Of a stretch of DNA of 64,000 nt, positions 1-13,800 are shown piece by piece; the first letter of the stretch is position 1, and each line of letters opens with the position of its first letter. The notes below the pieces were generated by a model that was given only the letters and a program-made list of their open reading frames with translations, made no database searches and had not been told where the DNA came from. Origin of the DNA: Leptogorgia sarmentosa (Eukaryota); NCBI GenBank assembly GCA_964658305.1, contig OZ210885.1:5704001-5768000 (forward strand). Reading direction: 5' to 3'. A program made the position numbers and the translations under genes.

Positions 1-150
1 CAGAATGTATAAAACTTGACTTGTGTCAGGGATGTAATATCCATCATTTATTTACTGATACAGAGGGAAACAGTGAGTTTTGTGCCCCAGAGACTAAAAC
101 ACTACATCCCCAGTAGAATGCCATAAAATCATATTGATTTACGGCTTAAA

Positions 151-405
151 AGGAATGTAAGTCAACTCGGCCCACATACCAACTCGGCCCACATATAAGT
201 CAACTCGGCCCAATATTAATATATGGCAATTCTCACTCTAAACAGAAAATATTGTCTTCTCTTTTTCTGAATATTGTCTAATCCAGGCCCAAACATTAAT
301 TCTGACCCTAACAACAAAATGTTGAGAAAAAAGCTTGAAAGAAATTGGGCCGACTGGACTTATATGTGGACCGAGTTGGTATGTGGGCCGAGTTGACTGG
401 TTACC
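151..405. mobile_element. MITE-like element in the PCLAF intron
   Basis: Inverted arms agtcaactcggcccacataccaactcgg / ccgagttggtatgtgggccgagttgact, with TTAA on both flanks. Confidence 0.7.
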
Positions 406-927
406 CTTAAAAGAGAGAATAGAGCTTAAGACAAATTAATATACTGTATGTATCATCCATTTCAATTATAACATATAATTTTGTTTATGTTGCATTTGTT
501 TTTCCCATAATGACTGCAGTACTAATTGCCAGAATTTTAGTTCAAGGTAGTTGTAATGAGTCCAATTTTTCTCATGTTGCTTTTTTGACCTTGTTTATAT
601 AAAAATTTTCTAATTCATAAATTACAGTATTGGTTCATTCCAGAAAACCACACCACCCCCAAAGAGGAGATAAAGGAACCCCCTAACCCTACCCCCTTTG
701 GATGCCCTAATATATTTACTATTAATTATCGCAATGTTTTCTCCCCTCCCTCTGAATGGCAGAAATTTCCTCCATGGGGAATTATACGTACATCTTTTCT
801 GAAATCACCCACTACAGATTCGCACTTTATTTGTGAACGTTGAACCCTGGCAAGAGCAATGGGCATACACCCACCTAGGACTTTTTTCTTATTATGTTTC
901 AGAATATCTCTACATTTTCTTTTGCAG

Positions 928-2009
928 TTGTTGGTGCTAAAGCTCCAAGGAAACAATTGGCTGGTGGTACCAGCATTAGTTCCCCCGGATCAAAAGACAA
1001 ACAGGGTGGGGGTAATCCAGTGAGGTGGACACCAACACCATCATGGCAAAAAGGTACAGTCAGTGGAGTTCATTTCAGAAAATGGGTGAAACATTCTTTA
1101 AATATATGGCTATAACATTTGGTCACAAGCCCAAGCCAATTAAACCCTGTGTAGTATATCAGCATCAAATTATTCCATGTTTTTAGTTATTGTTTAATAA
1201 TTGATAGCAAACTTGTATAAGTTACCTGCACAGGTAGCAGATAACAACATTAACAAGCAGTAAAAAATTTACTCCCCACCTAATAATACTACCTTATGAA
1301 ATTGGACATTTTGAGCAAAGGCCCATCCTTAGGAATTAGTGTGGGACACCTTTGCTTGAGATCTTGAATCTTATTGTACCATTAATTTCGCATTGAGTAC
1401 AAGTTTTCAGAGCCTTTTTGAGCATATTAATTATGGGGGGCAAAAGCCTGTGCACTCCCCCCCCCCCTCACCTGGTAATGTGTGCACTACCTGTGAGGGT
1501 TTCAGTAGAATAATGCTAAATTGGACATTAGAAAAAGAAGCCAATTTTGGAAGAAGTATATAATTTATTTATATCAATTTGAAAACCATATTTCTCACTC
1601 ATTTTGAGCAATGTTTAAATAACTTGATATTTTACACGGAGGAAGGTTAAACTCTTTTTGCAACTGTGGCCAAGGGCAAAAAATTGTTAGCCGGTCTGGC
1701 GGTCTGAGAGAAATGTCGCCATTTTCGAAACAAATTTATTGGCGGGAAATGATCACGTGATCGATATCTTCGCAAATCGCAAGTGAAGATATGGCAAATA
1801 TTTCACTGTGTGTTTTCGGTATCTCATCCTGTCTGCTATAATAAATAGGTACGTACCTTTCGTTTGCAGGTATTGGAAATTTCTTCCAAAAATGCAATGC
1901 ATCAAATGGTGAAAATTCAAACGAGCCAGAAAATGACACGACATCCGATAACCAGATAGCAACAACTGGACATGAGCCATCGTCTGAAATTACTTCGTTA
2001 GAAGAATGA
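928..2009 (+). CDS. PCLAF: PCNA-associated factor (PAF15/KIAA0101-like), last two coding exons; first exon not found in the window
   Basis: Exons 928-1053 (tttgcag|...CAAAAAG|gtacag) and 1870-2009 (ttgcag|GTATTGGAAATTTCTTC...TGA), phase 1. The spliced peptide VVGAKAPRKQLAGG...KQGGGNPVRWTPTPSWQKGIGNFF matches the PAF15 core (VVAARAPRKVLG...YAGGNPV..RPTPKWQKGIGEFF), including the PIP box QxxIxxFF. AATAAA near 2163. Confidence 0.9.
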
Positions 2010-3700
2010 AATTATACCAGTTATCCCGGAATCCGGATGTGAAGTGAACGACTAAATGGACTGTATTATACTCGGGCTGTAAAATATTTTAAAACTTTTA
2101 CTTACTGCATGTATCTCTGTTTTTTTGAGATATTTCGTTGTAGCTTTATATGTAGGAAAATGAATAAAAAAAGATTACATGGATTTGCAATTAAAATTAT
2201 GACAATATAACAGGATTACACAAATATAAAAATATTTTTGCAAATATGAAAAGGTTTGAGAGCAGAGGTCCGGCTAAGGTTAAATGGGATGGACGAGAGG
2301 TAGGTTTTAAAGACGTTCGGTTCAGTATTAATGCTGGTGTCAGGGTTAGAAACAGGTTTGGGGCCGGTAAGGTTTCGTGTAAGGTTTACGCTATCGCTAT
2401 AGCTAACAATGCATAGCATTGCATTTTAGGAATCTTGAAATATAGCAGCCATCTAGAAAGCTACCTCTCGTCCATTTCTTTTAACCACGACCAGAGCGAG
2501 GTTTTCTAGTATGTAAAAAACAGGTTTGATATTTTACAGTACAGACCGAACAAGAAAGGTTAGTAATCCATTTATTATATGGCTGAATTGAGTCTTTGAG
2601 CATATGCTCTTCCCGCAAATTAAATCGGCTATCATCAGTTTCACTTATACAATAGACACACAGTGGACATACATGTTCAATAAAAAACAATTTTGTTGTT
2701 TGAAATTTTTGTCAGTAGATGTTGAATTGGAAAATTGAAAAGCAAGGATCTTTTCTGTTTGCAAAGCGAAATTTCCCGCCAGATAAACCACATCCGGGAC
2801 CCCGATAAGGAAAATGTGGACCACGGTCCGGATATGGTTTTTATACGGACCGATTTATATGGTTTATCATGTACTACTAAAACAATATCTCATTTAGTTA
2901 AAGCACTGACGCCACAATTCTTATTGTCTCTTTGGAAAGAACATTCAATACTCTAAATAACTCCTTATCCTTCCTATATTACTTCTTTGCCTATCGTTTG
3001 TGAAACGAAATTTTCCTCCACACTATTCGATTGGAATGAAAATATCCGTTTTGAAATGGCAATAATTATCACTTTTTCTAGGGGCCAGTTGTGTAAAACT
3101 CTTAAATATGCGTTTATATTAAGAGTTTTATAAACCGGCCCACACAAAATTCGTTTCACAAACTTATAAATGATAAAAATATTCCATTTTTTCTAGCTAG
3201 TCAAGATGCTTATTAAAATGAAATAACTAAAAAAACAGGCAAATTGGCATGAAAATTTCGCAAAAACCTATTGAGTATTGAGGTAACAAGAATTAATAAT
3301 TATAGGCATTTGGGTACCAAATTGGAGAATTTCAAAGGACAGTTCTAATTTCAGACTGATTTAATCTAGGCAAGAAGAACAAAAGCCATATCACATTCAC
3401 AACAGCCACAATCCAGTCAAAACTTATTCTGACAACACACGCGCATCCAAATTCTTATGGAAATACTGCTTCTTCCCCTTAATCAATGTTGAATATTATA
3501 CAATTATTGGACGAGGCTGAGTAAAATGAAGTCAACTGCGCATGAGCAAACTATTATTTGAAGCTGAGTAAGTTTTGAACTAAATGCACATGCTCAGTAA
3601 ACTGCTTGCGCCAATTATTTGCAGTTGAAATGATATTTGCAGGCAGTTATTTGCAGGTAAATTAACCAATCAAAATTGAGTAAATAATAAACTGAATAAT

Positions 3701-4143
3701 AAACAATTATTGGATGAGGCTGAGCATGATATCAAGAATTATTCAGACCGAGGTCAATGTTATCTGCCGAAGCGAAGCTGAGGCGGATAACATTGACCGA
3801 GGTCTGAATAATTCTTGATATCATGCGAAAGCCGAATCCAATAATTGTTTTATTATACATTTAAAACAGAGTTCACTTTCATTCAGCGAAGCAAATCTCT
3901 ACAGGCCATTGTTTGTTTGTTTGTTTTTTCGCGCGCTTTTAGCTTCAAGCTTTTGACAGCGCTGGGGCTTGGGCACGAGAGAGTCCAATAATTTTTTTTT
4001 TGGATGCAAGTTCGATCCAAAAAAATAATTATTGGACGCTGATGACGTCATCGGCGGAAAATACTTAATAAGTACCGAATACTGGGAATTAGCCGGTGCT
4101 TTCTGACCAATCAGGAACGAGAATAAATTTTAAATGTATAATA
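3701..4143 (+). mobile_element. Non-autonomous hairpin-headed repeat element (class unresolved)
   Basis: 150-nt hairpin at 3701-3850 with a GCGAAGC loop, short inverted repeat attatacattt/aaatgtataat, and ccaatcag near the far end. Related fragments near 3500, 5625 and 13625. Confidence 0.7.
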
Positions 4144-4864
4144 ATAATAATTATGATGTCATTGTCAGAAAACATTTCATCAGCTACAAAATTGAAACGG
4201 GAGACGCGGGGAGAATGACTGATTGAATCTTAAAATGGCTGCGATGTACAGGGTGTGCACAAAAAAAAGGTAATGCAATTTTAGCGAACTTTAGCGAGTT
4301 AATATTCGTCAGTCATAATTACAGTTGTAATGGTTAAGGTTTGAATTGCTATATCAATAGAGTTACAGATTGACGTCCATCAACCTCAAATTTACGTCAA
4401 TTGAACCGCATTTAGATGTTTGCGGTTTGACGTGAAAATGAGAAAGTACTCCAGATTGATATTTGCTAGAACTGCAGATAACTGGCTGCGGATTGTATGT
4501 GAAAGCGCAAAAATTTAAAATGGTGACACAGGGCGTGCAAAACGATATTTTATAATTATTATTTAACAATGAAATCCAGGCGACAAAGCGCCATGTTTGT
4601 ATCCATGAGCAGTAATTAAAATGCACAAAATATTAAGAAGCTATTCTTCAGAAGTAACAACAAGCATTCTTTGTCATTAATTTACTAAGGAAACTTTACG
4701 GTATAATAACTCATTATTTAGTTTTATAACATTTCACGTTCAAAGATTGGATTTTTATTTTAAGGGGCTTTTCTACTTGGGCTGTGGTGATAGATTACAT
4801 TTTTTTCTTAAATGAAAATTTTATCAGAAAGCTGGAAACATTTATTGCTGTGATTGTTTAAAAA

Positions 4865-7800
4865 TTATTCTGTCATTCTATTTGTATACACCTCTACTTC
4901 ATGCAGAGCTATTGTAGTGGATCTTTCTACATACACGAACACGTATCTTCCCAGTATTCTTCGACCACACTGGATAACATTTGGTCCCTGTATTGCTGCA
5001 TATCTTTCGCCGCATTTACTATTGGAATTATAAACCCTCCCCCAACCTCCAAATACTCTTGCACGATAATCATCTCCCACATATACCTTGAAATCATTAA
5101 TCAGTGCAGCATCTTGAGTGGCTACCACGATTACTGTTGAAACATTGACCTGAATACATAAACAGATACAGTACAAATAAAATAGAATTTTGACTACACA
5201 CGGGCATTAAAATGGACAAATTATTGGAGTCTTCAAACAAGATGTAAAACGGATGTTGTCAAACCGATAAGTTCCGGACTTGCACAAAACTTTATTGTAA
5301 TCCTAACGATTGATGGACCTGACTGAAATCTAATCGGTTTTTAAAGATTAAAATTGCTGCATAAGTCGCTTAAACAATTCTACTCTAAGGCGAGGTTGCA
5401 TGCATCTCAGTAAATATAACTTTGCAATCACTAAGGGTATAAAAACCATGGGTGTCAAAACCGACATCATGCAAAATGTGTTCGAACTTGCTCAAGACTT
5501 CGTTTACACGCTATCAGGCGAGAACGTACATTATTGGTGTGTTGTGATGCTGCCTTACCCGAACTAGACGGATTTTCGGTTGCCTGAATTAATTGGTTGA
5601 TAAGGCGAGGGGTTGCTAAATATTAAACAATTATTGAATGAGGCCGAGTAGGATATGAGGAATTATTCAGGCCGAGGTTTGTGTTATCTGCCGAAGCCGA
5701 AGGCTGAGGTTATTATACTAATGACGTGCGTGCGTAACTGACAGTATTTGGTTATCAATTTAATTATGTTTCGGTGATTAAGGCAACGGGGAGATAATGG
5801 ACCAATTGCATAACAGGCAAATTTCATAAAATGTTCGATTAAATAGTAAAATTCATAACAACAGCGTTATACACCATCCCAAAATTACTAAAATGGCAAA
5901 GATTAGGTGCAAAATGTTGTAAAATACGGAAAATATAACCGTGCAAATTTTGTATTACGTGCGTGAATTGCTAACTAAATTAGTTACTTCATTTCGCACG
6001 TAATACAAATGTATACAAATTTGCCAATTTCGCAAGGTTATATTTTCCGTATTTTACAACATTTCGCACCCAAACTTTGCCATTTTACTAACTTTGGGAT
6101 GCTCTTTCACGCTATTGTTATGAATTGTACTATTTCGAACTTTTTAAAATTTTTGTCTATTATTAAGCAATTAGGTCCATTAATAGCGATGAATTCCTAT
6201 TGTACATTATTCCGAGACATCGGAAACAATATATAGCATCCCGTACGAAAAATACACATGTAAAAACCCACATGTGAAACACATGTGGTTCACATGTGGA
6301 ATTGGAACAATTCACATATGGTTCACATGTGATTCACATGTGTTTCACATGTGGGTTTTTACATGTGTTTCAGTTCACATGTGGTTCACATGTGAATCAT
6401 ATGTGAATCACATGTGATTGTTCCAATTCCACATGTGAACCACATGTGAAACACATGTGTATTTTTCATAAGGGATGGTTGACCTTTACAGATATAGGTA
6501 AGAAAAGGAGGCAATACCCTTTTTAGAAAATCAATTCTTATCCATTGATTACTTTGATAACGTGTCATAACAACATTTCCACTTCTATTACCATCAACTG
6601 CTTCACTTGGCGAGGCACTGAAAAGGTCCCACACTGATGACATGTAAACAGGTTTTCCAAGCGCTATGTTAGCATCTGCAGAAACACAACGCTCTATTAG
6701 TATCAGCATCTTAAAGAATCAGAATCTTAAAGTGCACATAAGATGATTTTTTTTACCTTCTCTACTTAAAATTATTAAATTTCAATAGTACCATGATATA
6801 GCTTAGCAATTTGAAACGTGTGTGTGGAAAATATTGTGAAGTCACGAAGTGGCTGAGTTCACTCCATGTTGTTCATATTTCCCGCACATGCTGCACAACT
6901 AATGACGTCATAAAAGGTGTTAGCGTGGCGTACAAAATGTCCGAAAATATTAGCTCCATTGCTGAAATTTAAACGCCAAAAAAAAGCCAAACGTGCGTTT
7001 TTGACCCCGTTCAAATTGCTAAGCTATATCATGGTACTATTGAAATAAGGTTAAAAAAGTCATGTTATGTGTACTTTAATGGACCTTACTGATGCATTGT
7101 GGTTCCACTCCATCCCACATTCCACTTTCGCTACACATTCTCCTACTAGAACCCACCATAGTCCATCTTAATGGACATGTGTATGTAGCTACAGCGTCAC
7201 ATTCTTGCGAGCTGTAAGACACTGTGACTTGGTTTGTGTCGCTGAGTGGAGGACACGTTATCACTTAAAGAAAGAGAAATATCCGTTATTGGCAGATTGT
7301 AGTAATGTAACGGCAGGGCTGATTGTAAATTCGGTGAAAATGATCGATAGCAATATAGCAAGACATAGCAAGTAATTCTAACGTGCGTACAATGAATAAA
7401 CATCATCTTTCGTGTCGAAATTTATAAAATAGCTTTCTAAAAACACGCGGGCGTTCATCAGTCGAAAGCTCAAAAAAACCGTGTTTCTATTTAACAATTA
7501 GACAACGAGGCCGAGTTGTCTAATTGTTTTAGTATACACTCTATGCCCATATTGCTCTCTGCAGTAGCCATATTGTTTTCCTTCGCTTTTTCGCGAACCG
7601 TGGTCTATCACAGATTAATAGAATCATACTCGTATACTATTGCAAATGCTGCAATTTGATTGGCTACTCTACTCGCTATCTATTCCTCGATAGATAGCGA
7701 GTAGCAAAATATGTGAATTTTCGTTTAAGAAAATGTCTTCTGAGACGCGATTTTAAATTATTTTTTGCAATATTTTCATGTTTGATCTCTGATTCTACTA

Positions 7801-10800
7801 AAACAATTAGATTACTCGCTCTCGATTTCTACGAGATGATAGTTGATTCGGGCTTCGCCCTCATCAACTATCACCTCATAGAAATCTCGAGCTCGTAATC
7901 TAATTGTTAAATATATACTTAGTTTCAGCACTGCACGCCACGACTGCGGAGTAGAAAGTCATTATATGGTACTTCACATTTTTGTACCCTTTGCGGTATA
8001 TATTTTACTCATAGTCTTTATTATATATCACTCAGTTTTAATTGATTCGCTGTGCGGTTGTGAAATACGTTTTTGTTGCGTTATCCTCAGCGACACAATT
8101 TTGTGAAAATTCAAAGTTCCTCGTCATAGAACGATGTTTATTTTCTGCATCAGCGATTGCAGGCATTAAAATAGTCGAATTTTTCATGTGCCGAACCTAA
8201 TGCAAGTGAACACATACAACGAAATAAAGGTAGTTCCTTCACGGCAGCCAGGTATAATATCACTCATGTCTTGTTCGCTACTCTGGTTTGTATAATTGAA
8301 TACAGAGCTCGATCCCTCGAGGTGTATTCACGACCCAACGTTTTAACACTCCAGTTTAATGTCTTCATCAGGGGTGATCTAAAGTTACAACGCAGCTTCT
8401 TATATACTCAAGGGATGACGTCATCTGCCAACAATAACTGCCGTCATCTCTGATGATTCAGATTAATATGCCGCGTTTCTAGGCATTAGCACTAGCAATC
8501 GCTATGGCCAACGACGTTGCCTAGAAGCGTGCATATTTATCATTTATAGACCCGGAGCGAGTGGAATTCGGCGTACACTGAGGGAAATATCGCCGAATCC
8601 CCCGAGCGGAGAGTCTATAAATGATATATTATACCGAAGAAAACATTTTTGCATCTTTGTTTTCAAGAATTCGATTTATTTCTTCGTCCGAGTCTTGCTC
8701 TCCCGCCATTTTCCACAGCTATGCTAAGCGCGTGTTGCCCACGCGTCACGCGTGAGCGTGGGATACTATAATATCCCACGGTGGATCTGCCGTGGGATAT
8801 TATAGTATCCCACGATCGATTGCGAAATCATGAATTTGAGTGGGTCACCTCGAGGGAGCTCTGTATTCATTTATACAAACCAGAGTAGCGAGCAAGACAA
8901 AAGTGTTATATACTGAATAAAGGCTTTGAAAGTGTTCTCGAGACTTATAAAGGCATTTCGGGCACGGAAAGTTTTTATTTCACCTCCTTGCCTTTCACAT
9001 ATCATAATATGCTTGACCACAGGCTAAGTATTGGTAAACCAATCACATTGAATTTTATAAGACGTCGGTCGTTTGATTGGCTGAGTTAATGCTAGCTCAT
9101 CGTTTCAAATTTCCCAGTTGCTTTGAGTGCTTTTATTTCACTGTACTTCGCCTGTGGTGGGTTGGCAGCAGATTTCGATATTGTAAATTCAAATCGCGGC
9201 TTTTTCATTAAAAATTTCAAATTTAGACATGAGTGGCATACAACGAAATGAACTCATTACCATTAGGTTCGGCACATGAAAACTTCGACGTCTGACCTTG
9301 GCGTACGATCGTGATTTGCAAAAGCGACAATGTAAACATGACTCACAAACACATTTTGGTTGGGTATGGCTCCACGTTGTATTTTTCAAGCACGTTCTGT
9401 TGGAATCACCAACCAAACGGTAGCAATGTTCACAAGTAAATGTGACCACGTCCCCCACAAAAGATAAACCATGTTTATAACCATTTTTTGGAATGCCAGG
9501 ATCAGGACAAGATTTTGCTGAAATATATACAAACAAAAACAGGTTAAACAACCAAGGATCCACAATGGATCTTATCAACTTATTTCAACTACCTACATGC
9601 CATATTCGGCATATTGTATACTTTTGTCCCATAGAAACATGCGACTAGACCCAGTTTTCTGCTCTATTCGGAATGGTTACTTTATTTTTTGTTTGCGCAT
9701 TTTATATGTAGATACAGAGATTTTATTATAAAACATAGTACAATCACAAGCCAGTTACCTTGTCATAAAACATATTATTTTGTGCATGCCGCTTTACAAC
9801 AACCGTACAGCATGATCAACATTTATTTTGTAGTTACATTTAGTTTCATTTACTCTTAAATCTTGATTCATAACAGAATTAAAACAAAACATCGAAAACA
9901 AAACTTTTTACGTTTGACTATATTCATAGAAAGTGTCTAAATAATGTTAACAACTGTGAAACTCAACACCATTGTGCAAGCGAAAAATACAAACGATTAC
10001 ATATATTTTTCCGCGTAACAATTAGTCAGATAACTAACGCTGTGTTGCATATAGTTGTACAAATTAAAATATGCGGCAAATAAAAAAAATAATATCAGTG
10101 AACACCACTTAAAAGGTTAATCAATAAAATAATGCTGAGATACATTCATCCTTCTCGAAAAAACTGTGCACATAATTACTGTATGTAGCAGCAATAAAAA
10201 CTCAATAGAAAGCGACAAAAATAAAACGACTAGTTAGGTTAAAGTGAGATAGAAAATATCGTGATTGAATTTGCTTATAAATCATCCTTCTGTCATTTGA
10301 TTGGACGAAACACTTTTCTCATTGACCAATGTGTCGTTGCGAAATGAGTTTTCACATAGGTAATATGTATTCGAAAAACATAGGATCTAGATAATCTATT
10401 TTTCATGAAACCATTGTTCAATGTCATCAGGGGCGTACTGAGCGTTCATATTTGCAGTTTTATCCACGAATCTCCCAACTCTGGAGGGTATCGCCCCCCC
10501 CCCTCACCACGCCCCTGTGAATAGTATTAGCGTTAGGGCGCAGGCCACGAGTGAATGAAGCTACCGACCATCAAGATTGCCACAGACTGTCTACAGAAAA
10601 GAATTGCGTCGGCACTTACCTACACAAGACAGCTCCCTCACGTTTCTCCATATGGGCTTAGCACACAGAAAAAAGCCTGCAGCTAAAGTCAGGTAATTTT
10701 CGTCGCATTGAACAAACAACACATTCTTTCCAAGAAAACTCACTCTTGCTTTGGGTGGGAGGAAAACATTACCACAAGGTGAGTCTAAAAAATTAACTTT

Positions 10801-13800
10801 GTTAACGGGATATCAATAATTAAGGTAAACGTAGTAAAGTGAGGTAATTGAAAAAATGTGTACTACATTCTCGTCACCAGTCTTTTTCTCTCCGATCCTC
10901 GTGGAAAATGAGGCTCTGGAATCGATGGCGAAAAAGAGATATCTAATTGGGTGTTCAGTATAACTGTTGATTGCTTAAAATGTGCAACTATTCATTTCAG
11001 TGACACAGAACCAGCAAGGATTTCATACCGATATCTTTTCAAATGTATGAATAATTCATTTCATACTCCTAGAACCTGTTCATTCGCAACCAAGCGCACA
11101 TTGTAAACTAGTCCAGAAAATGTGCACTTGCGGAATGATCAATTCCGGGGCCTTTATTTAGACGCGGATTGGGGACAAGGATTGTACTACATATGATGCT
11201 GAGGTCAGTGAGAAAGGTCAGCTTACCAATGGGTGAGGTATGTGAAAAACGTTTACTATTTGAGAAGACAGTGAGAAAGTTTTACCATATGTGAGTGTAG
11301 TGGAAAATTAGTAGAAATGCAAAGTTTGGGTGCGAAATGTTGTAAAATGTGCAAGATATATGACCCTATAAAATGTGCAAATTTTGTATATTTTAGTATT
11401 ACGCGCGGCAAATTGATACCGTGAAAAGGGTATCAATTTTGCGTGCGTAACACTAAAATATACAAAATTTGCAAACTTCACAGGGGTATATTTTTCGCAT
11501 TTCACAACATTTCAAAGCTGTTATTATGAATTGTACTATTTAGAACTTTCAACATCATCTACTACATGTTAGGTCAATGAAAAATGTTTGGCATAATGGA
11601 ATACAAAATGGAATACAATACATTCAGTACCATGTAATCAACCTCGTAACTGCTAATCTGTTTGGAAGGTTTGAAAAAAGGTGGGAAAAAGTTTTGCTGA
11701 TTAACGATAATATACATTGTCCATACTGATGACATTTTGTTGCGTTGCGTGGATACAACTACCAAGATGGTTTGCGTGTACTTTTTAGGTTTTCTATCAC
11801 GATTCTCGTATGGCATGCTGTGGTAGAAGTAGTCACGAAGCGCGACTAGACGTTATGATGAAACGTGAAAAATATTGAAATTCTCGTCACTTACTTGTAA
11901 CAATTGATGTGCGAAATTGGTCAGAGCTAGAGTTGGAAGTTGTGCTGATAGTTTTGGCTGTCGCATTGACCATTATAGTGCTTCTTTGAAGCTCCGTGCT
12001 GTTCGTTGGAGTTGCTCTGACAACTGGAATTGGAAATCGTATGTGTTACCTAATATTAGCGGAGGAGTAACCTCATCTCGTTTAGACTTAAAGATTTGCT
12101 GAATTGAAAAATCCCCATAAATAATGTTTAGTGTTTACATTACATCGTTGTTTACCGGCTTATAGGCCTGCGCTAAAAAATAGTTTATTGTCGTCTCCGT
12201 TTATGCCTTAAACTCACAATATATCCACGTTTATTAAACTTTTTATTAACTCATCGACCGAGAAACATTGTACCTTGGATTCTCCTAGAAATCTCGACCT
12301 ATGGGCTTGGTATCGACTTTCTCGGTACAGACATTGTGCTTGGTCGTTAAGAACCTATTCTCAGACAATCCAGCAAGCGGTCGTTTTATAAACACATTAA
12401 AACTTACCGACACAGGTTGGGCTCGCTGCCGACCATTTTCCGTCACTCTGACAAGTTATCCTTCTTGAGCCCACTAGCTGATAACCAGCGTAACAAATAA
12501 ACTCTGTTGGTTCTCTTCCACAGTAAGTCGAATAAGAAATTATTCTTCCATTTACAGGGTGTTTCAAAGTGCTGCATTTTATAACTAAATAAAGATATAT
12601 TTCAATAAACATGGCCGGAATATTGTGAAACTGGGGCCGGTTCTATCAAAGGTGTTTAGCTTAAACGGCGAATAAGTAAAATTTTAAAAACACCCCTCCT
12701 ATTCGTTTTGTAAATAATTGAACCTAAATTATATCAACTAAATGTTCTTAGCATAGCTGTCATTTTAGACAGAAAAGTTTAGTTTCCGTTTATCACATAG
12801 TTTAATTAACTTGTTCGATATTTTTTATTTATCCACCGTTTAAGCTAAACGCCTTTGGTAAAACCGGCCCCTAGACGTTTTCCAGTCTCTAAACTACAAA
12901 GCTCCCCGGTAATAATATGGTTTTTCACTTGGTATTGTTTTATTTAACAGGTTTCTGCTCTTAATTACTTTGTCTTCTGAAATAAGGTAAAGATGTTGGA
13001 AATGTAGAGTTAACGTACCATGACCTCGTGATTTTAATATAACCGTTAATAATTATAGTATTAGTATATTAGCTGTGAACTAGTTTATATAGACTAAGAA
13101 TTTCTTTAATCCCAACCCAAACCCTAAATACTAACCCTGACCATAGAGGTCGGCAAAATATCGAGGAAAAAAAGTTTTAACTTGAAATCGCCAACGCGAA
13201 AGAAAAGTGTCTCACCGGGGCTTGAACTCTAAAACAGCAACGCAAGCACCGCGTACCTAACCTACTGAGCTAATTTCGAGCTCGCTGAATACTGTCGTCA
13301 AAAACATTTTATAGAGAAAACTCCGTTAATAATAAAATTCTGACGTCATGGTACGTCTATATGATCTAACACTAACCCATCTTCAAACAATAGTTTGCTC
13401 ATGCGCAGTTGACTTCATATGTTTGCGTCCGAGTACTGGTTAGATAAACATGGCTCGTTTTGCAGTATGTTTTCCAGTATATTTCAAGAGTATTAATTTT
13501 ATAATTTAAAAGAACGAAATTTGCAGCTAAACGACTTATTGGCGTCCAAAAGTAAGCTTTCTGTCGTGGACTCGTGATCGGGAAATTTTAAGCCAGTGAC
13601 AAAAGATCGTGAATAATAAACTGAATAATAAAACAATTATTGAACTCGGCTGTCGCAAAATATAACTTCGGCGCCTCTGATCTTCTCGCCACTGATAAAT
13701 CACAATATTTTGCTCAGCCTCGTCCAATAATTGCATATTATTTTGAAGACTGAAGTTAATAATAAATGAAATTTTGCTGCGTATATAGGACACCGAAAAC

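Noticed and set aside
894..1115. Histone H3 gene (KAPRKQLA)
   Set aside because: No histone fold follows; the flanking sequence and the spliced PIP box identify PAF15.
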